Source: Pseudothioglobus sp. nBUS_23 (GTDB taxonomy: Bacteria; Pseudomonadota; Gammaproteobacteria; PS1; Pseudothioglobaceae). Taken from it: a stretch of 32,000 bases of DNA. Where the stretch lies: contig NZ_CP179200.1 of NCBI RefSeq assembly GCF_051201565.1, positions 1,320,001 through 1,352,000 on the forward strand. Direction: 5' to 3'. The position numbers and the translations under genes are program-made. Below the pieces are notes generated by a model, which saw only the letters and a program-made list of their open reading frames with translations, was not told the origin of the DNA and ran no database searches. Numbering within the stretch: the stretch's first letter is position 1; each line of letters begins with the position of its first letter. This document shows positions 16,721 through 27,355 of this stretch, in pieces.

Positions 16721-18571
16721 ATGGATAAGATTGGAAATCTAAAGAGAGAAAGAAAAGTTTTCAAATCCAGAGTGGTTTTTTCAGTAGTCATTATGCTTTC
16801 AATGACTCTAATTCTCACAATTAGACTTTTTAATCTTCAGATTACTCAACATGAATACTACGTTGAGGAGGCTCTTGGGAACCAAATGCAAAATCTTCCA
16901 ATCACACCTGTAAGAGGAGATATTTTGGATCGCAATGGAAAAGTATTAGCAACCAATGAGTTTTCTTATAGACTCACAATTACCCCAGAAAAAGTTAGCA
17001 ATTTAAATGATACACTTGTTGAATTAGAAATCAATGAGTACATTGATTCAAAGGATATAGAAAGGTTTAACAAGAACTTAAGCCGCTTCAAAAAATTTCA
17101 TAACATCCCAATCAAATTTAATCTTTCTGAATCCTCTGCTTCATCATTTTTAGTCAACAATCAAATGCCCGGAGTTGAAGTTGAGCCCTACTTCCACCGC
17201 GTATATCCTTATGGAAAATCAAGTTCACATCTCATTGGTTACGTTGCTTCGATGAATAAGGAAGATAAAAGCAGGTATGACAAAAAGAATTACGCGGGCA
17301 CTTCCTTTGTTGGCAAGATTGGCGTTGAAAAGCAGTATGAAAATTTACTTCATGGCCAATCTGGAATGAAACAAATTGAGAGAAATGTAGCTGGGAGAGT
17401 TGTTGATACAAAGGTGATTAACCCTTCAATACCAGGTGAAGATGTCTACCTAAATATTGATATTGACCTTCAATTAAAGGCGGAGTCTTTGCTAGGAGAG
17501 AGCAGAGGGGTTATTGCTCTGATCGATGTCAATGATGGATCTGTTTTGACACTCGTGAGTACACCCTCTTTTGATCCGAATTGGTTTGTGAATGGAATTT
17601 CCGTTAAACGATATGAAGAACTCAAAGGCAATCCTGACTTACCTCTATTTGACCGAAGCACAAAAGGGCTATATCCTCCGGGATCGACTATCAAACCAAT
17701 GGTTGCTCTTGGAGGACTTGAAAAAAATAATATAACCATTAAGCACACTACCTTTTGTCCGGGATTTTATAAACTTACAGACTACTCCCGAAAGTTTAAC
17801 GACTGGAAGAGAACTGGACATGGAAGAGTTGATACTATTGAGGCCATTGCGCAGTCTTGTGATGTGTTCTTTTATGACCTAGCTTACAAGATGGGTATTG
17901 ATGAAATCAATAATAGCCTTTCTTACTTTCAGTTTGGAGAGAAAACAGGTCTTGATCTTCCAGGAGAACTAGGAGGGATACTTCCATCAAGAGAATGGAA
18001 AAAAATAAATAAGGATGAGCCTTGGTATAGAGGTGAAACCCTAATAACTGGCATTGGACAGGGTTTCATGACTGCAAGCCCAATTCAACTTGCTTTAGCG
18101 ACTGGAGCAATAGCGAATAAAGGCAACCTTTTAACCCCTAGAGTCTTGATGCATAGTCAATCCAAAGATGGTGAGTCCTATTTTGAATCCCAGACAGAGT
18201 CAAAACAAATTCCAATAAAAAATATTGATAACTGGGAACTCATCATTCAGTCCATGAAGCAAACAATTTATGGCAAGCTCGGAACAGCAAAAAGATTAAA
18301 CAATAAACTTAACTATACACTGGCAGGAAAAACTGGAACTGCACAGGTATTTGGATTGGACCCTGAAGAAGAGTATATCGCTGAAAATATTGATGAAAAA
18401 CTCAGGGATCATGCCCTTTTTACTGCTTTTGCGCCAATAGAGAACCCTCAAGTTGCTATCGCTATTATTGTTGAAAATGCAGGCAGTGGAAGCTCAAAAG
18501 CAGCACCCCTAGCTAGATCCCTTCTTGACGAATATTTTAATAAATACGGAGTAGATCCTGATAAGATCTAA
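16721..18571 (+). CDS. mrdA: Penicillin-binding protein 2 (elongasome transpeptidase)
   Basis: 616 aa. N-terminal TM plus dimerisation domain (RGDILDRNGKVLA), and transpeptidase motifs STIKP (SxxK) and KTGTA (KTG). Confidence 0.92.
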   Translation: MDKIGNLKRERKVFKSRVVFSVVIMLSMTLILTIRLFNLQITQHEYYVEEALGNQMQNLPITPVRGDILDRNGKVLATNEFSYRLTITPEKVSNLNDTLVELEINEYIDSKDIERFNKNLSRFKKFHNIPIKFNLSESSASSFLVNNQMPGVEVEPYFHRVYPYGKSSSHLIGYVASMNKEDKSRYDKKNYAGTSFVGKIGVEKQYENLLHGQSGMKQIERNVAGRVVDTKVINPSIPGEDVYLNIDIDLQLKAESLLGESRGVIALIDVNDGSVLTLVSTPSFDPNWFVNGISVKRYEELKGNPDLPLFDRSTKGLYPPGSTIKPMVALGGLEKNNITIKHTTFCPGFYKLTDYSRKFNDWKRTGHGRVDTIEAIAQSCDVFFYDLAYKMGIDEINNSLSYFQFGEKTGLDLPGELGGILPSREWKKINKDEPWYRGETLITGIGQGFMTASPIQLALATGAIANKGNLLTPRVLMHSQSKDGESYFESQTESKQIPIKNIDNWELIIQSMKQTIYGKLGTAKRLNNKLNYTLAGKTGTAQVFGLDPEEEYIAENIDEKLRDHALFTAFAPIENPQVAIAIIVENAGSGSSKAAPLARSLLDEYFNKYGVDPDKI

Positions 18572-18582
18572 TTACTAAACTC

Positions 18583-20103
<1,521 letters not shown>

Positions 20104-20129
<26 letters not shown>

Positions 20130-21123
20130 GATCGCTACTCATAAGTTTTTCACGAATTTTTTCTTCAAGACTTTGACTCATCTCTGTATGCTCTTTGAGG
20201 TACTCCCTGGCATTATCCTTTCCCTGGCCAATCCTTTCACCATCAACGCTATACCAAGCACCAGCCTTTTCTACAAAGCCTAGCTCAACCCCTAAATCAA
20301 TAATCTCACTCTCTCTAGAGATACCTTGGTTGTATAGAATTTGAAACTCAGCCTTTTTAAATGGAGGTGCAACTTTATTTTTTAAAACCTTAACACGAGT
20401 CTCATTACCCAAAATTTCGTCACCCTTCTTGATCGCACCAATTCTGCGAATATCTAACCGGACTGATGCATAAAACTTTAGTGCGTTGCCACCTGTTGTC
20501 GTTTCAGGATTGCCAAACATTACTCCAATTTTCATTCGAAGCTGATTGATAAAAATAACCATTGTGTTGGTTCTTTTAATATTTGATGTAAGCTTTCTTA
20601 ATGCTTGAGACATTAGTCTAGCCTGCAATCCCATGTGAGAGGCGCCCATTTCACCCTCAATTTCCGCTTTTGGAGTAAGCGCTGCTACCGAGTCAACCAC
20701 CACAATATCTACACTACCAGAGCGAACAAGCATGTCGGTGATTTCGAGAGCTTGTTCACCAGTATCAGGCTGCGAAATTAAAAGGTCATCAGTGTTAACG
20801 CCTAGTTTTCTTGCATAAGATGGATCCAAGGCATGCTCAGCATCTATGAATGCAGCAGTTCCACCAAGCTTTTGCATTTCCGCTATTACGTGGAGTGTCA
20901 TTGTTGTTTTGCCTGAGGACTCTGGTCCATAGATCTCAATTACTCTTCCTTTGGGTAAGCCACCAATCCCAAGAGCGATGTCAAGGCTTAAGCTTCCTGT
21001 AGAGACAGCCTCAATATCAGTTCTGGCCTCTTCCTCACCAAGGAACATAACTGACCCTTTGCCAAACTGCTTTTCAATTTGTCCTAGGGCAACTTTTAGT
21101 GCTTGTTTTTTCTGTTCATCCAC
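20104..21123 (-). CDS. recA: Recombinase RecA
   Basis: 339 aa. [13 protein letters not shown], Walker [60 protein letters not shown] start (21121-23) with GGGAGAG upstream; no in-frame ATG upstream before a stop. Confidence 0.97.
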
Positions 21124-21171
21124 TCCGCTCTCCCGCGTAAAATAATAATAAATTTATTGACATTTATTATA

Positions 21172-22215
21172 ATGGCTTTCACTCAAAAAGATACAGAATG
21201 TATGGCCCTTGCACTCAAACTTTCTAAGCTGGGTCAGGGAAGTGTGGGTGCTAATCCTATGGTTGGTTGTGTTATCTCAAGTGATGACAAAATTATTGCA
21301 AAAGACTACCATCGTCAGTATGGCCAGGAACATGCAGAAATCAATGCTTTGAATCAAATTAAACATAAAGCAGGCAATTGCAAATTATATGTAACTTTAG
21401 AACCTTGCTCTCATCAAGGTAAAACGCCACCCTGTATTGATGCAATTATTAAAGCAGGCATCAAGAAAGTTTATGTTGCAACGCTTGATCCAAACCCCTT
21501 AGTTTCTGGGAGCGGTGTCAAATTGCTTATAGAGAGTGGGATAGATGTAGAGGTTGGACTGCTTGAGAATAGTGCGATTGAAATAAATCGCGGCTTTATT
21601 AAGAGAATGAATACAGGATTACCTTTCATTACATCAAAAATTGCGATGAGCCTTGATGGAAGAGTTGCTATGAAGAGCGGTGAAAGCAAGTGGATCACTA
21701 GCGAAGCCTCAAGAGAAGATGTTCAACTACTTCGAAGCCAAAATCAAGCCATTGTAACTGGTTCTGGGACCATACTGAATGACAACCCAATGCTGACTGT
21801 GAGAAACAAAAAGTTACGCTCAAAACCACTTCGAGTAGTTATTGATAGTAGTAACTCTATTACCGATAAATCACTCAATATTTTTTCATCTGACTCTGAT
21901 ACTCTTGTACTGAATAAAGATAATTCAAAAATTTTAGACAATGGAAAAATTGATTTAGAGTTGGCTTTAAAAAAACTTGGAGAAATGGGAATCAATAATG
22001 TACTTCTAGAGTCCGGTAGTGGTCTTAATGGTGCCATGATGAAATCTAGACTGATTGATGAGTTTATTATTTACACAGCCCCAGTTATACTTGGGAGTGA
22101 TGCTCAACCCATGATAGAACTTCCTTTCAAAAAAATGTCAGAAAAAATTTCACTAAGTATCATTGAAATAACACAAGTAGCCACTGATATAAAAATCAGA
22201 GCCAAGCCTTTATGA
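21172..22215 (+). CDS. ribD: Bifunctional riboflavin biosynthesis protein RibD (pyrimidine deaminase/reductase)
   Basis: CMP/dCMP deaminase zinc motif HAEINAL...LEPCSHQGKTPPC plus a C-terminal reductase domain. Start moved from the track's 21103 to the ATG at 21172 (MAFTQKDTECMALALKLS), which aligns with the E. coli RibD N-terminus and avoids overlap with recA. Confidence 0.9.
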   Translation: MAFTQKDTECMALALKLSKLGQGSVGANPMVGCVISSDDKIIAKDYHRQYGQEHAEINALNQIKHKAGNCKLYVTLEPCSHQGKTPPCIDAIIKAGIKKVYVATLDPNPLVSGSGVKLLIESGIDVEVGLLENSAIEINRGFIKRMNTGLPFITSKIAMSLDGRVAMKSGESKWITSEASREDVQLLRSQNQAIVTGSGTILNDNPMLTVRNKKLRSKPLRVVIDSSNSITDKSLNIFSSDSDTLVLNKDNSKILDNGKIDLELALKKLGEMGINNVLLESGSGLNGAMMKSRLIDEFIIYTAPVILGSDAQPMIELPFKKMSEKISLSIIEITQVATDIKIRAKPL

Positions 22216-23414
22216 GTGATCTAACCAACAAACGAATTGTTCTAGGAGTCAGTGGCTCAATAGCGGCTTATAAATCACCCGATATTGTTCGACGACTTCA
22301 AGACCTAGGTGCTGAGGTTAGAGTCATTGTGACTAATGGCGGTAGAGAATTTGTAAGTGAAAGATCCCTTCAAACAATTTCTAAAAACAAAGTTCATGAC
22401 AACCTTTGGGATAAGGAGGCTGAGCTTGCGATGGGTCACATTGAACTCGCAAAATGGGCTGATGTAATTATCATAGCCCCAGCCTCAGCAAATACCATTG
22501 CAAAGCTTTGTCATGGAAGGGCTGATGATTTACTTTCTACTGTCATTTTAGCAACAGAAGCAAAAATTATGATTGCACCAGCAATGAATCAACATATGTT
22601 TGCTTCAAGCGCTATGAAAGACAATCTTCAACTCCTCAGGAAGCGTGGCATGTTGATTATTGAACCGGGCTTTGGAGAGCAGGCTTGTGGTGATATTGGA
22701 GAGGGAAGACTAGCTGAGCCATCAGAGATTGCAAAACAAGCGGCCGACCTTTTCACCTCAAGTGTGCTTAGTGGAAAAAATATATTGATTACCCTTGGTG
22801 GTACAAAAGAATCAATAGACCCTGTTCGATTCATTTCTAATCATAGTAGTGGCAAGATGGGAATGGCTCTTGCACATGCCTGCATTCAAGCAGGAGCAAA
22901 AACAACGCTCATTGTTGGATCAATATCAGTTAATATTGAAAAAAGAGCAGAAATCATTCATGTAGTGAGTGCTGATGATATGTATAAAGCTGTCATGAAG
23001 AAAATTAAATCACAAGATTTATTTATTAGTTGTGCTGCTGTAGCAGACTTCAAACCGAAAACAACAAATAAACATAAAATCAAAAAAACTGATCATTCAA
23101 TGACAATTAAGCTAACTGAAAATAAAGATATCTTAGCAAGCGTTTGTCAACTAGAAACAAGACCAATCTGTGTTGGTTTTGCTGCTGAAACTGAAAATCA
23201 TATTGAAAATGCTAAAATCAAACTCAAGAACAAGATGTGTGATGCGATAGTTTTGAATGATGTTTCAAAGACAGGAATTGGTCTTAATTCGAATGATAAT
23301 GAAGTTCATCTCATTACCAAAAATTTGAGTGAAAAAATTGAAAAAAATACCAAGCAAATTATTGCTGAAAAAATTATAGATAAGTTAGCAAATAATTTTT
23401 TCCAATCCTCATAA
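22212..23414 (+). CDS. coaBC: Bifunctional phosphopantothenoylcysteine decarboxylase / phosphopantothenate-cysteine ligase
   Basis: 400 aa. N-terminal flavoprotein domain (ILGVSGSIAAYKSPDIVRRL, PAMNQHM) and C-terminal CoaB domain (ISNHSSGKMG, AAVADFKP). Overlaps the ribD stop by 4 nt. Confidence 0.93.
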   Translation: MSDLTNKRIVLGVSGSIAAYKSPDIVRRLQDLGAEVRVIVTNGGREFVSERSLQTISKNKVHDNLWDKEAELAMGHIELAKWADVIIIAPASANTIAKLCHGRADDLLSTVILATEAKIMIAPAMNQHMFASSAMKDNLQLLRKRGMLIIEPGFGEQACGDIGEGRLAEPSEIAKQAADLFTSSVLSGKNILITLGGTKESIDPVRFISNHSSGKMGMALAHACIQAGAKTTLIVGSISVNIEKRAEIIHVVSADDMYKAVMKKIKSQDLFISCAAVADFKPKTTNKHKIKKTDHSMTIKLTENKDILASVCQLETRPICVGFAAETENHIENAKIKLKNKMCDAIVLNDVSKTGIGLNSNDNEVHLITKNLSEKIEKNTKQIIAEKIIDKLANNFFQSS

Positions 23415-23441
23415 ATGCTTATAAATCAAGGGTTATTAGAC

Positions 23442-23463
23442 TTACCCACAAAACTGTGGATAA
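23442..23463. promoter_or_regulatory. Inverted pair of DnaA-box sequences
   Basis: TTACCCACA (23442-23450, 8/9 to TTATCCACA), then AAAC, then TGTGGATAA (23455-23463, perfect box on the minus strand). Starts 28 nt after the coaBC stop. Confidence 0.4.
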
Positions 23464-23838
23464 CTCTGGTGATATCTTAAAAATTAACCATCAATTCTGC
23501 GCTATACTGGTAAATCCTACGGTTTTGGTTAATAATTAATCAATACAATTTTTTATATAAAAATCAATGGGTTATATTTTTTGATTATCTTAAAATATTT
23601 TGACTTTGATAAACAACTTGCAAACATATCACTTCGCGGATAACTTTTGAAGTTTTTCCCTTTAATGGAGGGGTTTTCAGAGGAATTAAGAGTTTTATGA
23701 ATGATCGGTATAAAAAAAATATAAGGTCAAGAAATATTACAAAATTAAACTAATTTTTTGCTGATTTAATTGGTATTAAATTTATTGAAAATACACTGAA
23801 AAAGCTTATTTTTTTGAGTCTTTTTTTTATCAAAAAAA

Positions 23839-26800
23839 TTAATAATTTATTTTATACATCCCATGACCAAGCTTTTCTTCAATTGAATCTAGCAAGACTC
23901 GATCTAAGGAAACATCAAATTCTTTTGATAATGGCATTCTTCCGGATGAACTTCCAGACTCATACTCAATAATCACTGGACACTTTCCTTTAAATTCTTG
24001 CAATAAATTGCATAACTCTAAATAGTCATTTTTGTTTTTTTCTGATAGTTTAATTTTAAGAAACTTAGAATATTTCATCTGAACTTTGTCAACTGGTTCG
24101 ATTTTATCCACTACAACTTGCCATTGCTCTCTGAAATCTTTATTAACTTTACCCGAAATAACCACCACCTCATCTATGACTAAATATTCACTTACCTGAG
24201 CCAGTTTTTGAGAAAAGACGGCAGCGTTAATTTTTCTTTGCCCATCTTCGATTGTCAAACTAGCCATTTGCCCTTTTCTAGTATTTCTATAGTCAATATC
24301 TGATATTAAAGAAAGCACCCTGACCTCTCTATTATTTCTAAAGACAATATCGCTAGGAAGAGAACACACAATTGACTTTAAGTGCTCTTTATACCAGTCT
24401 GTAGGATGTCGATCTAAATAATAACCCATGACCTTTTTTTCATGCATCATGATATTTTTAAAAGATAAAAAAGCTCCTTTTAGGTATTTTTTTTCATATT
24501 CAATATGACTATCAATATCGGCAAATAGACTGCTTTGACCCTTCATTAAGTCGCTTTGTCTTTGCTCTGCCTGCCTCACTGCATTGGGATAAGTTGCAAT
24601 TAATGTTGCTCTTTTTATTCCAAATGCATCAAAAGCACCTGCATAAATTAAGGCTTCGATTGCTCTTCGGTTCAAAAATTTTTTCTCTATACGATAACAA
24701 AAGTCAAAGATATCTAAATATGCTCCAGATTCATCTCTCTCCCTTACAATTTCATTCACTAAAGCCTCACCAACTCCTTTAATAGCTCCTAGCCCATAAA
24801 TAATTGTAGTGTTGTCTGTTATCGTAAATTCATACTCAGATTGATTTATTGCTGGAGCAATGATTTTAATTCCTTTTTTCTTAGACTCGCCAACAGTAAA
24901 AGCGACTCTATCGGTATCATCCATTACTCCAGATAAGACAGCCGCCATAAAAGGTGCTGGATAATGAGCTTTCAGCCAAGCCGTTTGATAAGAGATATAA
25001 GCATAAGCAACGGAATGAGACTTATTGAAGCCATAACCTGAAAACTTATCAATCAGGTCAAATATTTCATTTGCCTTATCTTCTTCTATATCCTTTTTAG
25101 CAGCGCCCTTAACAAAAACCTCTCGCTGCTGAGCCATCTCCTCAACCTTCTTTTTACCCATAGCCCGGCGCAATATATCAGCCCCGCCCAAAGAATACCC
25201 AGCCATAATCTGAGCAGATTTCATTACCTGCTCTTGATAAAGGAATACCCCATTTGTCGGCTTTAAAATCTCTTCAAGCATTTGATGAGGATATCTAACC
25301 TTAGCACCATGCTTCACCTGAATGTAATCATCCACCATTCCAGCATCTAGCGGTCCTGGTCTATATAATGCTAGCATAGCAACGATATCCTCAAAGCAGT
25401 CTGCCTTAAGTTTTTTTAAATACCCGCGCATCCCCTCTGACTCAAGCTGAAATACCCCAGTTGTGTCACAATCTTGTAGCAATTTAAAAACCTTTGGATC
25501 ATCAAGCTTTAAACTATCAATGTCAATTAATTCCTTACTGAGGCCTTTCTTAGCAATAATTTTTATCGCTTTATCCATCACTGTTAGATTTGACAACCCT
25601 AAAAAATCAAACTTAACTAGCCCGACAGCTTCAACATCATCCTTATCAAACTGCGACACAATAACATCCGATTCCTCTTCACCCTTATAGATGGGGCAAA
25701 AGTCACTAATTTTGCTTGGTGCAATAACGACTCCACCAGCATGTGTCCCAACATTCCTAATAATTCCCTCCAAATCTTGAGATAGATCAATTAGTGTTGA
25801 AACGCTCTCTTCAGTATCGTATCTGGATTTAAGCTCTTCAGAATCCTCAAGCGCTTTAGTTAAAGTCATCTTTAATTCATTTGGAATCATTTTAGAAATC
25901 TGGTCACTAAAACCATATGGATGCCCTAAAACTCTGCCAACATCTCTTACAACTCCTTTTGCGGCCATGGTTCCATATGTAATAATTTGAGAAACTTTTT
26001 CAGAACCATACTTTTGTGCAACATAAGCTATGACTTCATCACGCCTATCTGTGCAGAAGTCAATATCAAAGTCAGGCATTGATATACGCTCTGGGTTTAA
26101 GAATCGTTCAAATAGCAGCTCGTGCTCAATGGGGTCAACATTAGTAATAGATAATGCCCAGGCAACCAGAGAGCCAGCTCCAGAACCTCTTCCTGGGCCA
26201 ACAGGAATACCATTTTCTTTAGCCCATCTTATAAAGTCAGATACAATTAAAAAGTATCCTGGAAAGTCCATTTCTAAGATAACAGAGAGTTCAAAGCTTA
26301 ATCGTTCATTGTAAACTTTGCGATCAACCTTTAGATTTTGTAATCTCTCTTCTAAGCCTTTTTTAGATTCCTCACTAAAAAACTCAGCGATGCTCATACC
26401 ATCAGGTGTGGGAAAAACTGGGAGATAATTTTTTTGAAATAGCTCAAAATGAAGATTGCATCGCTTAGCTATTTCAGTAGTGTTTTGAATCACCTGGGGA
26501 TAATCTTCAAATAGAGTAGACATTTCTTTAGAATTCTTAAGAAATTGGTTATCACTGAAGCTTTTGACCCTTCTTGCATCATCTAACAAGCCTCCCTCAG
26601 CGATACAGATTCTTGCCTCATGTGCCTCATAGTCGCTTTTATTAAGAAACTGAACATCGTTTGTGGCTACGATTGGTACTTGCAACTCAATACCAAGATC
26701 AATCATATGATTAAGCAGACCTTCGTCAGAGTGTCTTCCAGTTCTCTGAACTGCTATGTAGTATCTATTATCAAAAGTGTTCTTCCACTCAAGTATTTTA

Positions 26801-27240
26801 TTTTTTGCGAGCTCCAATTCATTACTCAATAGTAATTTAGAAATATCTGAGGATACTGGCGAGGCAATCATAATTAAACCTTTGTTATGACTAATGAGCT
26901 GCTCCTCAGAGACGCAAACAGTGAAGGCTTCTTGTTCATTTAGATAAGCTTTTGAAATCAATTCTGAAAGATTTAAATATCCTTCATGGTTTTGACAAAG
27001 AAGGAGTAAGTCATAAATTCCAAGATCATTGGTAACCGAAATTTTTGCTCCAATAATTGGCTTTATGCCTGAATTAATTGCTTTTTGATAAAATTTAATT
27101 GCTGAAAAAAGACTCATATCATCAGTCAAAGCAACACTTGTCATGCCAGCATCTTTTACAGAATCAATTAAATCAGAAACTCGGACAAGACTATTCTTTA
27201 CAGAATATTCACTTTGGCATTGGAGATGAACAAAATCCAC
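23839..27240 (-). CDS. dnaE: DNA polymerase III alpha subunit
   Basis: 1133 aa. PHP domain FVHLQCQSEYS, palm FPGYFLIVSDFI, PDFDIDF, LVKFDFLGL, GYGFNKSHS. GTG start at 27238-27240; an upstream in-frame stop lies 5 codons away. Confidence 0.97.
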   Translation of the reverse strand: MDFVHLQCQSEYSVKNSLVRVSDLIDSVKDAGMTSVALTDDMSLFSAIKFYQKAINSGIKPIIGAKISVTNDLGIYDLLLLCQNHEGYLNLSELISKAYLNEQEAFTVCVSEEQLISHNKGLIMIASPVSSDISKLLLSNELELAKNKILEWKNTFDNRYYIAVQRTGRHSDEGLLNHMIDLGIELQVPIVATNDVQFLNKSDYEAHEARICIAEGGLLDDARRVKSFSDNQFLKNSKEMSTLFEDYPQVIQNTTEIAKRCNLHFELFQKNYLPVFPTPDGMSIAEFFSEESKKGLEERLQNLKVDRKVYNERLSFELSVILEMDFPGYFLIVSDFIRWAKENGIPVGPGRGSGAGSLVAWALSITNVDPIEHELLFERFLNPERISMPDFDIDFCTDRRDEVIAYVAQKYGSEKVSQIITYGTMAAKGVVRDVGRVLGHPYGFSDQISKMIPNELKMTLTKALEDSEELKSRYDTEESVSTLIDLSQDLEGIIRNVGTHAGGVVIAPSKISDFCPIYKGEEESDVIVSQFDKDDVEAVGLVKFDFLGLSNLTVMDKAIKIIAKKGLSKELIDIDSLKLDDPKVFKLLQDCDTTGVFQLESEGMRGYLKKLKADCFEDIVAMLALYRPGPLDAGMVDDYIQVKHGAKVRYPHQMLEEILKPTNGVFLYQEQVMKSAQIMAGYSLGGADILRRAMGKKKVEEMAQQREVFVKGAAKKDIEEDKANEIFDLIDKFSGYGFNKSHSVAYAYISYQTAWLKAHYPAPFMAAVLSGVMDDTDRVAFTVGESKKKGIKIIAPAINQSEYEFTITDNTTIIYGLGAIKGVGEALVNEIVRERDESGAYLDIFDFCYRIEKKFLNRRAIEALIYAGAFDAFGIKRATLIATYPNAVRQAEQRQSDLMKGQSSLFADIDSHIEYEKKYLKGAFLSFKNIMMHEKKVMGYYLDRHPTDWYKEHLKSIVCSLPSDIVFRNNREVRVLSLISDIDYRNTRKGQMASLTIEDGQRKINAAVFSQKLAQVSEYLVIDEVVVISGKVNKDFREQWQVVVDKIEPVDKVQMKYSKFLKIKLSEKNKNDYLELCNLLQEFKGKCPVIIEYESGSSSGRMPLSKEFDVSLDRVLLDSIEEKLGHGMYKINY

Positions 27241-27355
27241 AGAATTAATAATAATTTAAGGTGATTAAAACTTTATTTTACAAACAATTTTATAATTGAC
27301 TTTTAGCTTTTATAAAAATTATTTTTTAAAACTTTAGAACAGTTAGCATAACAGC

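Noticed and set aside
21103-21171. N-terminal 23-codon extension of ribD given in the track ([13 protein letters not shown]...)
   Set aside because: It would overlap the recA start on the opposite strand and adds a hydrophobic peptide absent from RibD homologues. The ATG at 21172 aligns with the E. coli RibD N-terminus.
21157-21173. TTGACA (21157-21162) and TATAAT (21168-21173) hexamers just before ribD
   Set aside because: They are separated by only 5 bp, and the TATAAT overlaps the ribD ATG. The geometry is incompatible with a sigma-70 promoter on the plus strand.
23613-23696. Possible remnant of dut (dUTPase), because the frame reads ...FPFNGGVFRGIKSF, faintly like the C-terminal RGxGGFG motif
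   Set aside because: The resemblance is limited to two or three residues. No other dUTPase motifs are found in any frame of the gap. It is kept only as a hypothesis to test by synteny.
23697-23753. 18-codon basic mini-ORF (MNDRYKKNIRSRNITKLN) with an AAGAG SD-like element in the large coaBC-dnaE gap
   Set aside because: It is too short and compositionally trivial (AT-rich codons give Lys/Asn/Ile). It shows no similarity to any small protein I know and cannot be supported without ribosome-profiling or conservation data.
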